Below are positions 1 through 9,825 of a stretch of 18,619 nt of DNA, piece after piece. Location: NCBI GenBank assembly GCA_051117555.1, contig JBNPEG010000085.1:1-18619 (forward strand), in the 5' to 3' direction. Origin of the DNA: Elainellaceae cyanobacterium (GTDB lineage Bacteria; Cyanobacteriota; Cyanobacteriia; CAZCXK01). How positions within the stretch are numbered: the first letter of the stretch is position 1; each line of letters opens with the position of its first letter. Under the pieces are notes generated by a model. It made no database searches. It was given only the letters and a program-made list of their open reading frames with translations, and was not told the origin of the DNA. The position numbers and the translations under genes were made by a program.

Positions 1-43
1 TATACGGTGTCTTGTCTTCAGGGGAAAAATTTGACTCGGCTAA

Positions 44-125
44 ATTAGTCCCACACAACACTTGACCTACAGTGGCCTAAACAGTATCTACACAGGTCTC
101 ATATTTAATTAGTCCCACCTACTTA
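44..125 (-). mobile_element. Terminal end of an IS/MITE (TAAGTAGGTGGG-type end); rest lies left of the window or is decayed
   Basis: Minus strand from 125 reads TAAGTAGGTGGGACTAATTAAAT. The same TAAGTAGGTGGG end recurs at 18452. The motif AATTAGTCCCAC occurs twice (44-55 and 107-118). No transposase ORF is visible. Confidence 0.55.
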
Positions 126-206
126 GACGGATTTATCTGATAGTCAGGCGTTACTGCATAAGTCCTGCTCCACCCATGCCATGAGTTTCTCCTAGGTGAA
201 TCGCAT

Positions 207-238
207 CCCCCGCTCGATGGGGCGGGGGTTTTCTTATT
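207..238 (+). terminator. Intrinsic terminator-like hairpin
   Basis: CCCCCGCTC-GATG-GGGCGGGGG forms a 9-bp stem with one G-U pair, followed directly by TTTTCTTATT. Confidence 0.7.
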
Positions 239-261
239 CTCCAGCTCGACGTGTTAATCAA

Positions 262-357
262 TATAGCCGTACGCTCTTGCGTTAGGACGTTGAACGTATG
301 GTGAGCCCCTGCGCCGCCGGGGCACCATACAAACAAACCTAAGCCCGTAGGGCTATA
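262..357. mobile_element. Short non-autonomous element (MITE), about 96 bp, with internal palindrome
   Basis: Terminal inverted repeats TATAGCCGTACG (262-273) and CGTAGGGCTATA (346-357) match at 11/12. Internal palindrome GTATGGTG...CACCATAC. A second, diverged copy lies at 18108-18303. Confidence 0.75.
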
Positions 358-484
358 TCGAGTCTTATCAGAAATTTCATGGACGCACGGTGTAGGTTTC
401 ATAGGGATTCACATTTTTCTTTCATCTGCTACCAAAATCTGGGCAGACTAGGCAAACCATTTGAATTCATTAGATTGCAGTATC

Positions 485-688
485 ATGAGCGCTATTCAAC
501 AACACCAATTTATTCGCTTCTTAGAAGACGATTTATCGATTCCAGCTAAGTCGGTGGCGATCGCCCTCCGGCATCCAGAACATTCTAGCCAGTTGCCTAT
601 GATTCTTTGGCAATATGGGCTGATTAGTTTAGACCAACTCGATCAAATTTTTGATTGGTTAGAAATCGTTCAGCCCCAAGGTGCGTAG
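485..688 (+). CDS. DUF2949-family small cyanobacterial protein
   Basis: Motif FL..DL.IP..S..IALRH...LPMILWQYGLISLDQLDQIFDWLE is typical of DUF2949. ATG at 485 preferred over TTG at 461. Confidence 0.85.
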   Translation: MSAIQQHQFIRFLEDDLSIPAKSVAIALRHPEHSSQLPMILWQYGLISLDQLDQIFDWLEIVQPQGA

Positions 689-736
689 ATTATGGGCAGT
701 CAGGGTATACACCACACGTTAAAACGCTATTTAATC

Positions 737-771
737 AAAAAGCTGTGATTCATAGAGATCACAGCTTTTTT
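737..771. terminator. Bidirectional intrinsic terminator between convergent DUF2949 and PEP-CTERM genes
   Basis: Perfect 13-bp inverted repeat AAAAAGCTGTGAT / ATCACAGCTTTTT with an A tract on one side and a T tract on the other. Confidence 0.8.
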
Positions 772-880
772 AGTGATATTTCCAATATCAATCTGGCAAT
801 ACAATAACTGGCATGGGCGGGATGGCTTTCGATTGCGCTCAATCTACCATTCTGTTGAGGGGCTACCCAATAAATCCAGA

Positions 881-1609
881 CTAGGCGTGCTCTGACTGAC
901 GGCGCTTGAGCAGCAGCCCTGCACCTGCGGTTCCAACCACTAAGCCAATGACAGACATAGGTTCTGGAACGTCTTCAACCCGATCATTTGACTTAGATAC
1001 TGGAGCGTCGCTAACAGTCGCATCCGTGATTGGCAGAAAGTAGCCAATTTCATCAATGTTGCCATCAATAAAATCGCCGGGTAGTTCTGTTGGAGCAACA
1101 TTTGCGTCGCCAGAATATTCAAATGCGACAAACATCCCTTCTGGAAAGGGAGACGATTCTAGATAAAGCTCCCAGAAATTGAATGCTCCTTCTCGCACCA
1201 CAATGCCTAAGGGTCCAAGAAAGTAGTTACCCTCTTCTAATGAATCAGTTAAAACGGTACTTCCGTCTGCACTGAAGAGTTCGATATGAAAGCTATCCAA
1301 TGGATAAAACCCTACGAAGTCAAGGGGTTCGAACGTAAAAATGAATTCTTGATCAGGCGTATCTGAGCTATATCCAATCGTTGCTTGAAAGCTACCTCCT
1401 TCTAATGAATCAAAGAACTCATTGGGTACATCGTCAGAGAAATCTGCAAGTTCTCCAAAGGTTCCATCAATTTGGTAGTTTATATCTCTCGCCTGAGCCT
1501 CAGCAACACCCAAACTACTCGAAACGACGACCAAACCAACCGCGCCTAAAAGAACTTTTGAAATAGCTTGACTCCAATTGACGAGACTGAATTTATTGGA
1601 AACTAGCAT
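881..1609 (-). CDS. PEP-CTERM sorting domain-containing secreted acidic protein
   Basis: N-terminal signal peptide ending AEAQA. C-terminal VPEP, hydrophobic helix and basic tail (VPEPMSVIGLVVGTAGAGLLLKRRQ). Body is Asp/Glu-rich. Confidence 0.9.
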   Translation of the reverse strand: MLVSNKFSLVNWSQAISKVLLGAVGLVVVSSSLGVAEAQARDINYQIDGTFGELADFSDDVPNEFFDSLEGGSFQATIGYSSDTPDQEFIFTFEPLDFVGFYPLDSFHIELFSADGSTVLTDSLEEGNYFLGPLGIVVREGAFNFWELYLESSPFPEGMFVAFEYSGDANVAPTELPGDFIDGNIDEIGYFLPITDATVSDAPVSKSNDRVEDVPEPMSVIGLVVGTAGAGLLLKRRQSEHA

Positions 1610-2104
1610 TAACTAATAGCCTCGTATCCACTCAACATCGAGTTAATTATTGGGCAATTGGCCGACAAAGCGTGAGCACAATCCTGATAGTTTCACGAAA
1701 GCTTGATGAAGTTTTATAGAGGATTAATGAATATTTCCGCGTGATCTCGCCCACTAGAGATTGAATGTAACGTCACCCACGTTACCTCTATTGCCTCACA
1801 ATGGCTCAAGGCAAAGCAGTCAAAAGTGTATTAAACCATACAATTTAAGCTATTTCAGCGATTATCCCGTCGCGAGATTGAGAGATGAATCGGTGTAGCG
1901 GTTTTGACATACCTCGCTCTAATCCTAGCCTTTGGAGAATATTGATACCTCAAATATATTTGTCTGCGAACAATGTTGTAAAACTCAATGTTTAGTTTAA
2001 GAGTTTCTACATCCAGCCAAGTTTCATGAAGGTGAGACGTAGGATCATAATCAGGACATCCATTGTCATTGGCGCATGAGCGATCGCCCTGCATTTGATT
2101 CGCC

Positions 2105-2869
2105 ATGGAACATCGTAACGCGTTGAGAAAAGAGCCGAGCAAAACAGCAGACTATCAGTCTCGGCCTACTGTTTTGTTTCATATAGAAGACGTAGACAAA
2201 ACATATCAAATGGGCGAAGTGAGGGTTCGGGCGCTGCGCGGCGTGGACCTTGATGTGTATGAAGGCGAATTTGTTGTATTGCTGGGCACATCAGGCAGCG
2301 GCAAATCTACTTTGCTCAATATCATCGGCGGGCTCGATACTCCATCCTCCGGACAGGTGTTTTTTCGATCGCAGAATCTGACTGCTGCCAGTGATGCTGA
2401 TTTAACCCGTTTTCGCCGCATGTGTGTGGGGTTTGTGTTCCAGTTCTACAACTTAATTCCGAGCCTGACCGCCCAAGAAAATGTGTCTCTGGTGACCGAA
2501 CTTGCCGATCGCCCCATGCGTCCTCAAGATGCCCTGGAAATGGTGAATTTGGGCGATCGCCTCGACCATTTTCCGGCTCAGCTTTCGGGGGGTGAACAGC
2601 AGCGAGTTGCAATTGCGCGGGCGATCGCCAAACGTCCTGAAGTACTGCTGTGTGATGAACCGACGGGTGCACTCGACTTTCAAACGGGGAAGCGCGTGTT
2701 GGAGGTATTAGAGCGGGTAAATCGAGAGTTTGGCACGACGGTTGCCGTGATTACCCACAACGCTGGAATCGCAGACATGGCAGACCGGGTGATCACCATG
2801 CGAAGCGGAGAGATCACAACGATTCATCAGAATGATGTGAAAAAATCACCGAACGATTTGGAGTGGTGA
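2105..2869 (+). CDS. ABC transporter ATP-binding protein (LolD/MacB-NBD-like)
   Basis: Walker [20 protein letters not shown]-loop, signature [14 protein letters not shown], Walker [13 protein letters not shown]-loop ITHN. Confidence 0.95.
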   Translation: MEHRNALRKEPSKTADYQSRPTVLFHIEDVDKTYQMGEVRVRALRGVDLDVYEGEFVVLLGTSGSGKSTLLNIIGGLDTPSSGQVFFRSQNLTAASDADLTRFRRMCVGFVFQFYNLIPSLTAQENVSLVTELADRPMRPQDALEMVNLGDRLDHFPAQLSGGEQQRVAIARAIAKRPEVLLCDEPTGALDFQTGKRVLEVLERVNREFGTTVAVITHNAGIADMADRVITMRSGEITTIHQNDVKKSPNDLEW

Positions 2870-2871
2870 TT

Positions 2872-5247
2872 ATGCTGTCAACGCTCGATCGAAAGCTGGT
2901 TCGAGATTTGATGCATCAGTGGGGGCAAATCGTGGCGATCGCTCTAGTTGTTGCCTGCGGAATTGCGTGCTTTGTGCTGATGCAAAGTGCTCACCATTCG
3001 CTGACGCTGACTCAAACGGCCTATTATGACCGCTATCGGTTTGCTGACCTCTTCGCTGAACTCAAACGCGCACCCGACAATCTCCACACCGAAATCGCTG
3101 CCATTCCAGGAGTTGCGCAGGTACAAACCCGCCTTGTTTCTGATGTCACCCTCGATATTCCAGGATTAGACGAACCTGCCACCGGACGGTTGATCTCTAT
3201 TCCTCCCGATCGGGATTTAGTTCTCAATGATCTGTTCATTCGTCGAGGGACGTGGGTCGATCCTCAGCGTCCTGAAGAGGTGATGATTAGCGATGCCTTC
3301 GCCGAGGCGAATCAGCTTCAATTGGGCGATTCGTTTGGGGCGATTCTCAACGGTCGTTGGCAAACCCTCAGAGTCGTGGGCATTGCTCTGTCGCCGGAGT
3401 ATGTGTATGCGATTCGCGGGGGAGCAGATATCTACCCGGATAATCGTCGGTTTGGCGTGCTGTGGATGGGGGAAGACGCGCTGGGAAATGCCTTTGATAT
3501 GGACGGCGCCTTTAACAGCGTTGCTCTAAAGCTTATGCCCGAAACAAATCAAGCGGCAGTCATCGATCGCCTCGATCGCCTGCTAGCCCCCTATGGAGGA
3601 TTAGGTGCCTACGGTCGAGCAGATCAGGTGTCAAACCGGGTCTTATCGGATGAAATTCAAAGCTTAGAGGTGATGGCGACGATGCTGCCGACGATTTTTT
3701 TGGCGATCGCCGCATTTTTACTGCACGTTGTCCTGTCCCGCTTGGTGGCGACCCAACGTGAGCAAATCGCTGTACTCAAAGCGTTTGGCTATGGCAATCT
3801 CAGCATCGGCTGGCATTATCTTAAATTTGTGTGGGTGGTGTTTAGCCTCGGAGCCGTTTTAGGAATTGCTGTGGGGATGTGGTTGGGCAGAGGTTTGACC
3901 CAGCTTTACACTAGCTTTTTCCGGTTTCCGCTATTGCAGTACGAAGCCGATATCGCGCTGATTTTGACAGCATTACTGGTAAGCGGTGGCGCTGCTGTTG
4001 TGGGTGGGCTGATCCCCGTGCGCCATGCCGTGATGCTGCCGCCTGCCCAAGCCATGCGTCCCGAACCTCCTGCTACATTTCGCCCCACTCTCGTTGAGCG
4101 CTGGGGGTTACAGCAGATGTTTTCTCCCACGGGGCGCATTATTTTGCGAAATCTGGAACGGCGTCCGATTCGCGCCCTGTTGTCAATCTTGGGCATTGGA
4201 GCTGCGGCTGCGATTCTGCTGGTCGGTTTTTATTTCAACGATGCCATTTCTTGGCTGATGCACGTCCAGTTTCAGATTGTGCAGCAAGAGGATATCACGC
4301 TCGTGTTTAATGAACCTCGATCCGTGCAGGCACGCTATGACGTGAACCATCTGCCTGGAGTGTTGCGGTCTGAGGTGTTTCGCAGCGTACCGGCTCGCCT
4401 GCGTCACGAGCACTATGACTATCGTCTTGCCGTAACCGGGATTCCTCCATCCGGGACGCTACGAAACCTAATCGATCGCCATCTCAATCCGGTGAGATTG
4501 CCTCCTGAAGGAGTCGTGTTGACGACGAAGCTAGCAGAAATTTTGCACATTGAGCCGGGTCAGCGTCTGACAGTGGAAGTCTTGGAGGGCGATCGCCCGG
4601 TTCGTCACGTTATGGTGACCGGGCAGGTGGACGAGTTGCTCGGACTTTCTGCCTACATGGATATCCACGCCCTCAATCAGCTGATGCGAGAAGGGCAAAC
4701 TGTCTCAGGAGCATATCTAAGCGTCGATCAGCGCCAGGCTGACCCCCTCTATCGCCAGCTCAAGCGCATCCCGGCTGTCGCAGGTGTGTCATTTCGAGAG
4801 GCAATGTTGCAAAGCTTTGAAGAGTTGAGCGCCCAAAATATCCAGGTTATGACCATCGTTTTGGTGGCGTTTGCATGCATCATCACCTTCAGCGTTGTCT
4901 ATAACTCGGCGCGGATTGCCCTATCAGAACGAGGGCGAGAGCTCGCCAGTCTGCGAATTATGGGATTTACTCAGCGCGAAGTTGCCGTGATTCTCTTAGG
5001 CGAGCAAACCCTCCTCACCGTCGTCGCGATTCCTGTGGGGCTCTTGCTCGGATTTGGGCTGGCGGCGTGGCTGACCCTGTCGAGCGCCTACAACTCAGAG
5101 CTTTATCGTTTGCCCCTGGTCATTCATCGTGCGTCGTATGGGATGACCACCCTTGTCGTGCTGATTTCAATGATGCTGTCAGGATTTCTCATCTATCGCC
5201 AGCTTCAACGCCTTGATCTAATTGCAACCCTCAAAACCCGTGAATAA
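2872..5247 (+). CDS. FtsX/MacB-like ABC permease with duplicated periplasmic and TM modules
   Basis: Two halves, each with an N-terminal TM, a large periplasmic domain and an FtsX-type motif (QREQIAVLKAFGY; ERGRELASLRIMGF). ATG at 2872 is 2 nt after the ATPase stop. Confidence 0.9.
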   Translation: MLSTLDRKLVRDLMHQWGQIVAIALVVACGIACFVLMQSAHHSLTLTQTAYYDRYRFADLFAELKRAPDNLHTEIAAIPGVAQVQTRLVSDVTLDIPGLDEPATGRLISIPPDRDLVLNDLFIRRGTWVDPQRPEEVMISDAFAEANQLQLGDSFGAILNGRWQTLRVVGIALSPEYVYAIRGGADIYPDNRRFGVLWMGEDALGNAFDMDGAFNSVALKLMPETNQAAVIDRLDRLLAPYGGLGAYGRADQVSNRVLSDEIQSLEVMATMLPTIFLAIAAFLLHVVLSRLVATQREQIAVLKAFGYGNLSIGWHYLKFVWVVFSLGAVLGIAVGMWLGRGLTQLYTSFFRFPLLQYEADIALILTALLVSGGAAVVGGLIPVRHAVMLPPAQAMRPEPPATFRPTLVERWGLQQMFSPTGRIILRNLERRPIRALLSILGIGAAAAILLVGFYFNDAISWLMHVQFQIVQQEDITLVFNEPRSVQARYDVNHLPGVLRSEVFRSVPARLRHEHYDYRLAVTGIPPSGTLRNLIDRHLNPVRLPPEGVVLTTKLAEILHIEPGQRLTVEVLEGDRPVRHVMVTGQVDELLGLSAYMDIHALNQLMREGQTVSGAYLSVDQRQADPLYRQLKRIPAVAGVSFREAMLQSFEELSAQNIQVMTIVLVAFACIITFSVVYNSARIALSERGRELASLRIMGFTQREVAVILLGEQTLLTVVAIPVGLLLGFGLAAWLTLSSAYNSELYRLPLVIHRASYGMTTLVVLISMMLSGFLIYRQLQRLDLIATLKTRE

Positions 5248-5267
5248 GATTTATCATTTCTACTGCC

Positions 5268-6689
5268 ATGACTGTTCAACCGAAAGCCAAACAGCCTAAC
5301 CCCAATAGTCACACTAGCCCACCAACGCCAAGCCCACCGACGCCAAAACCCCCCATTCATAAGCGACGGTGGTTTCGCAGAGCACTCTATGTGCTGGGCG
5401 GGTTGGGACTGATCGGTGCAGGTGTGGCAATTTTTCGCCCGGCTCCGGTTGCGGTGGATTGGGTCACTCTGGAACGGGGATCGCTGGAAGTGGCGGTGAC
5501 GGAGGAGGGCAAAACGCGGGTGCGCGATCGCTTCGTGATGTATGCGCCTGTTGCAGGACGGTTGCAGCGCATTAACTTGGAGGAGGGCGATCGCGTTGAG
5601 GCCAATCAAGTGGTTGCTCGCATTGATCCGCTGCCGCTCGATGCAGATGTTGCGGCACTGCAAGCCCAAATTCGAGAAATGCAGGCAGAATTGCGAGGCG
5701 TAGACACCCTCCGCCCAAAACCCGAAGCCTTAGCTGAAGCCGAAGCCCGCATTCGCGCTGCGATCGCCGCAGAACGAGAAGCCATCGCCAAAGTTGAAGA
5801 AGCTGAAGCTGCCCTTGACCAGGCACAGCGCGATCGCCAGCGGGCCGAAATGCTTTACCAAGAAGGCGCAATTCCGGAGCAATCTCTCGAAGAAGCCCAG
5901 CTTGATGAAACCACCCGTGCCCGCACTCTTGAGGCAGTACGGCGATCAGCCGATCGCGCCCGCGCGGATGTCATAGAAGCCCGTGAAACCTTGCAACGCT
6001 TACAGGCAGAGCAGCAAGATCCAGACTATTTGCTAGACGTCTACAATGCTCGCATCGGGAGCCTAGAAGCCGAACTTGCCACGCAGGTTGATGAAGCTCG
6101 CCGCACCGACATTACTGCGCCTCAAGCGGGTCGAGTCTTGCGAATCGAACAGGAAAGCAACCGCTTTGTGGATGCTGGGATGCCGCTGCTGGAATTGGGC
6201 AATGCGCAACAGCTCGAACTCGTGGTAGATGTATTGTCGAGTGATGCAGTGCGAATTCAGCCGGGCGATCCGGTGCGAATCGAGCAATGGGGCGGCGAAG
6301 CACCGCTGATGGGAACCGTGCGAACCGTGGAACCCTCAGCGTTTACGGATGTCTCAGCTTTGGGAGTTGAAGAACAGCGGGTGAATATCATCATCGATTT
6401 CAATGAGATGCCGTCTGATTTAGGCGACGGCTATCGCACCGAAGCCCAAATCATTATCTGGCAAGATTCCGACATCCTCACTGTGCCGATTGGGGCACTC
6501 TTTCGCTGCGAACCTGACTGGTGCGTCTTTGCCGTAGAGGGGAATCGAGCCGACCGTCGCTCGGTTCAAATTGGGCATCGCAATCAAACCGCAGCCGAAG
6601 TGACTCAAGGATTAGACGAAGGAGACGTGGTAATCTTACATCCATCTGAAACGATTCAAGACGGCACACGCGTTGAGTCACGCGAATAG
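5268..6689 (+). CDS. Efflux periplasmic adaptor (HlyD/MacA-like membrane fusion protein)
   Basis: Pro-rich N-terminus, single TM, lipoyl half-motifs (APVAGRL..., ITAPQAGRVL) flanking a long coiled coil, C-terminal GLDEGDVVI. Confidence 0.9.
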   Translation: MTVQPKAKQPNPNSHTSPPTPSPPTPKPPIHKRRWFRRALYVLGGLGLIGAGVAIFRPAPVAVDWVTLERGSLEVAVTEEGKTRVRDRFVMYAPVAGRLQRINLEEGDRVEANQVVARIDPLPLDADVAALQAQIREMQAELRGVDTLRPKPEALAEAEARIRAAIAAEREAIAKVEEAEAALDQAQRDRQRAEMLYQEGAIPEQSLEEAQLDETTRARTLEAVRRSADRARADVIEARETLQRLQAEQQDPDYLLDVYNARIGSLEAELATQVDEARRTDITAPQAGRVLRIEQESNRFVDAGMPLLELGNAQQLELVVDVLSSDAVRIQPGDPVRIEQWGGEAPLMGTVRTVEPSAFTDVSALGVEEQRVNIIIDFNEMPSDLGDGYRTEAQIIIWQDSDILTVPIGALFRCEPDWCVFAVEGNRADRRSVQIGHRNQTAAEVTQGLDEGDVVILHPSETIQDGTRVESRE

Positions 6690-6693
6690 ATAT

Positions 6694-6730
6694 AATCTAA
6701 ATTCCAAAATCTAAAATCTAAAATCTAAAA
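6694..6730. repeat. Heptamer short tandem repeat (STRR-like), (AATCTAA)x5
   Basis: AATCTAA ATTCCAA AATCTAA AATCTAA AATCTAA AA in the spacer between the adaptor gene and fumC. Confidence 0.85.
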
Positions 6731-6748
6731 CAGTAATCGATCTATCCT

Positions 6749-8149
6749 ATGACTCGCCAGCTACCAACCCGCACTGAAACCGACAGTATGGGATCGATCG
6801 AAGTCCCCGCTGATCGGTACTGGGGCGCACAAACCCAGCGATCGCTCACCTACTTTGCCATTGGTCATGACACCATGCCCACCGAATTGATTCGGGCGAT
6901 TGGGACCTTAAAGAAAGCAGCGGCGATCGCCAATCGAGACGTGGGGCAATTGCCTGATTCGCTAGCCGAATTGATCATAAAGGCGGCTGATGAGGTGCGG
7001 TCTGGCGATCTTGACGACCACTTTCCGCTGCGGATTTGGCAGACCGGCAGTGGCACTCAAACCAACATGAACGCCAATGAGGTAATCGCCAATCGCGCGA
7101 TTGAACTGGCAGGCGGCACATTGGGCAGCAAACAGCCTGTCCATCCCAATGACCATGTGAACATGTCTCAGTCGTCGAATGATACCTTTCCAACGGCAAT
7201 GCACATTGCGGCAGCTGATGCGATCACCCATCGACTGATTCCCATGGTGTCAAAACTCCGAGATGCGCTCGCGACAAAAGAAGCTGAATTTGCCGATATT
7301 ATTAAAATCGGACGGACTCATTTAATGGATGCTGTTCCCCTAACCCTGGGGCAAGAATTTTCGGGCTACCGATTCCAACTGGATCAAAACCTCCGTCGCC
7401 TTCATCATGTACTGCCTGACTTGTACGAGCTTGCTATTGGAGGAACAGCCGTCGGCACGGGCTTGAATGCCCATCCTGAGTTTGCCGAGCGCGTCGCAGC
7501 CCACATTGTAGACCTCACGGGCTTACCGTTTATCTCTGCACCCAATAAGTTTGCAGCATTGGCGGCTCATGATGCGATCGTTGCTGCAAGTGGTGCATTG
7601 AAAACTCTCGCCGGATCGTTGATGAAGCTGGCCAATGATCTGCGCTGGCTTGGGTCGGGGCCGCGCTGTGGGTTAGGAGAACTCCGGTTGCCCGCCAATG
7701 AACCTGGTTCGTCTATCATGCCGGGAAAAGTAAACCCGACTCAGTGTGAAGCGATGACGATGGTGTGTGTGCAGGTTATGGGAAATGATACGGCAATTAC
7801 GGTTGCGGGATCACAGGGTAACTTTGAACTCAATGTCTTCAAACCTGTCATGATTCATAATTTGCTGCACTCCGTTCGGCTCTTGTCGGATGCCTGTTCG
7901 TCATTTACCGACTATTTGGTCGCTGATATCCAGCCGAATCAAGAGCAGATTCAACGATTTCTGACTCATTCACTCATGCTGGTAACCGCATTAAATCCTC
8001 ACATTGGCTACGATAATGCGGCTAAAGTCGCTAAGAAGGCTCATGCGGAAGGCACGACCTTACGCCAAGCCTGTGTCGACCTTGGGTTTCTTAGCGAAGT
8101 CGATTTTGATCGGCTTGTGCGTCCAGATCAGATGGTGAATCCTAGCTAG
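6749..8149 (+). CDS. fumC: Class II fumarate hydratase
   Basis: RTETDSMG...[49 protein letters not shown] and signature [15 protein letters not shown]. Confidence 0.97.
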   Translation: MTRQLPTRTETDSMGSIEVPADRYWGAQTQRSLTYFAIGHDTMPTELIRAIGTLKKAAAIANRDVGQLPDSLAELIIKAADEVRSGDLDDHFPLRIWQTGSGTQTNMNANEVIANRAIELAGGTLGSKQPVHPNDHVNMSQSSNDTFPTAMHIAAADAITHRLIPMVSKLRDALATKEAEFADIIKIGRTHLMDAVPLTLGQEFSGYRFQLDQNLRRLHHVLPDLYELAIGGTAVGTGLNAHPEFAERVAAHIVDLTGLPFISAPNKFAALAAHDAIVAASGALKTLAGSLMKLANDLRWLGSGPRCGLGELRLPANEPGSSIMPGKVNPTQCEAMTMVCVQVMGNDTAITVAGSQGNFELNVFKPVMIHNLLHSVRLLSDACSSFTDYLVADIQPNQEQIQRFLTHSLMLVTALNPHIGYDNAAKVAKKAHAEGTTLRQACVDLGFLSEVDFDRLVRPDQMVNPS

Positions 8150-8185
8150 CATGTTCACTCAGTCTTGTGGGTAGGCAAACGAACG

Positions 8186-8650
8186 ATGGAACAACAGATT
8201 GTTGATCGGCAAGACCGAAAATATAGTCTCTCTATCACTCAACAGGGAGCCTCAGTTGGTTTCAAGCTATACAACCGCCAAATTCTGGTTGGCGAAGTAA
8301 GAGGGGTTCGAGAATCGGATGAAACACTGTTGTTGGCAGATATCGCGATCGCCAATGAAGTATTCCCGATTCCTGAAACGTCCTGGATTTCTCGTCTCGG
8401 CACTCGATTTGGCTACTGGCCTAAACCCATTAGCTATCGCAAGCAAGGGCTCGGATCGGCTCTTTTGAAAGCCTTCGTCGACCATGCTAGCCACGATGGA
8501 GTTCGGCACATTTATGGCAAAGTCATGAAACAAGATCTCGAAAATAATCCCAAACTGCTTCAGTGGTATCAGCGCCACGGATTCGAAACGCGATCGCCTA
8601 CATCCACCGATGAGATCGATATCTTAGTTTGGATTTATCTCAATATTTAG
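8186..8650 (+). CDS. GNAT-family N-acetyltransferase
   Basis: Acetyl-CoA motif A YRKQGLGSALL and C-terminal WYQRHGF. ATG at 8186 preferred over TTG at 8165. Confidence 0.8.
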   Translation: MEQQIVDRQDRKYSLSITQQGASVGFKLYNRQILVGEVRGVRESDETLLLADIAIANEVFPIPETSWISRLGTRFGYWPKPISYRKQGLGSALLKAFVDHASHDGVRHIYGKVMKQDLENNPKLLQWYQRHGFETRSPTSTDEIDILVWIYLNI

Positions 8651-8687
8651 GCTGGACTTATGTAGATGGGGTGCGGTCTCTAGGCTG

Positions 8688-9257
8688 CTATCGGACTCGT
8701 AACCCTAAGATATTCCAAGATGGCGGAACTTTCGACATCGCATCGTCATCTTGAGTCACTTGCTGAGACATTTTTCGACTCGCCTGACGGGTCCATGCTT
8801 CATGGGATAACGACTCATCCGACATACGGCAGTCAAAGGGATGAGGCGGATCTGAGGTGAGAGTCGCAGCCCCTTCGTCATACGATTTCGCTAAGCTAAC
8901 AATCCAAGGTAAGAAGTCTAAGATTTCACTGGGGAGCACCGTCAATTCAAAATGCTTCCGCCGATTGACCCGCTGATATCCCCGTCCTCGTCGGGCGATC
9001 GCCCCCATTTCGGCTCCTTTGTTGACAGCGACTCTTAAAATAAATGGGCGGTTAGGAACCAATTCATCAGGGGCCGTATACGCATAGACGCACACATAAT
9101 TCAGGCGCTGATCGTTATCGACCCAACTTGCCATCGAGGGAGTACTGGCATACGAGCTTCGATTGGTAATCGTCACCGGTACTTTCATCGACGCTGCAAA
9201 CAAGGTATAAAATTCGTCTCGGAGTTGTGTGACGATCCGAATTGTTTCTGGAGTCAT
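8688..9257 (-). CDS. Hypothetical protein (189 aa), translationally coupled to the upstream pentapeptide gene
   Basis: Long ORF whose start overlaps the upstream stop as ATGA (9254-9257). No motif recognised. Confidence 0.75.
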   Translation of the reverse strand: MTPETIRIVTQLRDEFYTLFAASMKVPVTITNRSSYASTPSMASWVDNDQRLNYVCVYAYTAPDELVPNRPFILRVAVNKGAEMGAIARRGRGYQRVNRRKHFELTVLPSEILDFLPWIVSLAKSYDEGAATLTSDPPHPFDCRMSDESLSHEAWTRQASRKMSQQVTQDDDAMSKVPPSWNILGLRVR

Positions 9258-9562
9258 AAAATTGTCCCATTCAGGTTGGCACGATTTAGATTGGCATCTT
9301 TTACGTTGGCATCTTTCAGATTCGCGTTCTCTAAATTCGCGTGGGCCATATTCGTGCCCGTCAAAATCGCTCCGGTTAAGATGGCATCCGTAAAATTGGC
9401 GTGACTAAGATTAGTTCGGGTGAGATTAGCTTGAGTAAGATTTGCACCACTTAAGTTAACGCCCCTCAAATTCATATTCCTTAAATTCGCAGCAATTAAA
9501 TTCATGTTCCTGAAATCTCTTTGCCCTGCTGTATATCGGCTCAAGAGTTCCTTAGTCGTCAT
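9254..9562 (-). CDS. Pentapeptide repeat protein
   Basis: MTTKELLSRYTAGQRDF lead-in followed by continuous A(N/D)Lxx repeats. Alternative start at 9574. Confidence 0.92.
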   Translation of the reverse strand: MTTKELLSRYTAGQRDFRNMNLIAANLRNMNLRGVNLSGANLTQANLTRTNLSHANFTDAILTGAILTGTNMAHANLENANLKDANVKDANLNRANLNGTIL

Positions 9563-9825
9563 GGAAATGTACATACGCTTTGGAGAGAATTAATTGGAGA
9601 GAACTTTACAACTAGATAACCGAGAAAGCCAAGGATTCCGGATTGGGCTGAAGCAGTCAAAGCATGCGAACCCGCACGTCTTACTGCTTCAATCCTTATT
9701 TCAAATAAAAGATTTGAATCATCACGCACATTGTCTGTGTAAAGCACTGCTTTTGCGGACGATCAGACTGCCTTTGACAAACTGCATTTGATAATCAGGA
9801 TTGATCCCAAATCAAACCTTGCAAA

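Noticed and set aside
151..402. 83-aa minus-strand ORF
   Set aside because: It runs through a MITE and a terminator hairpin and has no protein-like motif.
1855..2142. 95-aa minus-strand ORF upstream of the ABC ATPase
   Set aside because: It overlaps the ATPase start, lies in AT-rich promoter-like DNA, and shows no motif or RBS.
5318..5354. 15-bp tandem repeat encoding PPTPS-PPTPK-PP
   Set aside because: Ordinary low-complexity linker at the N-terminus of the adaptor protein.
2206..7231. Numerous antisense and alternative-frame ORFs within the ABC genes and fumC
   Set aside because: They are shadow ORFs of well-supported genes in GC-richer coding DNA.
9559..9791. Short ORFs in the rpsU-pentapeptide spacer, including a 21-aa minus-strand ORF at 9722-9787 (MQFVKGSLIVRKSSALHRQCA)
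   Set aside because: No convincing RBS or motif. The region is better explained by RNA structure, though a small protein cannot be fully excluded.
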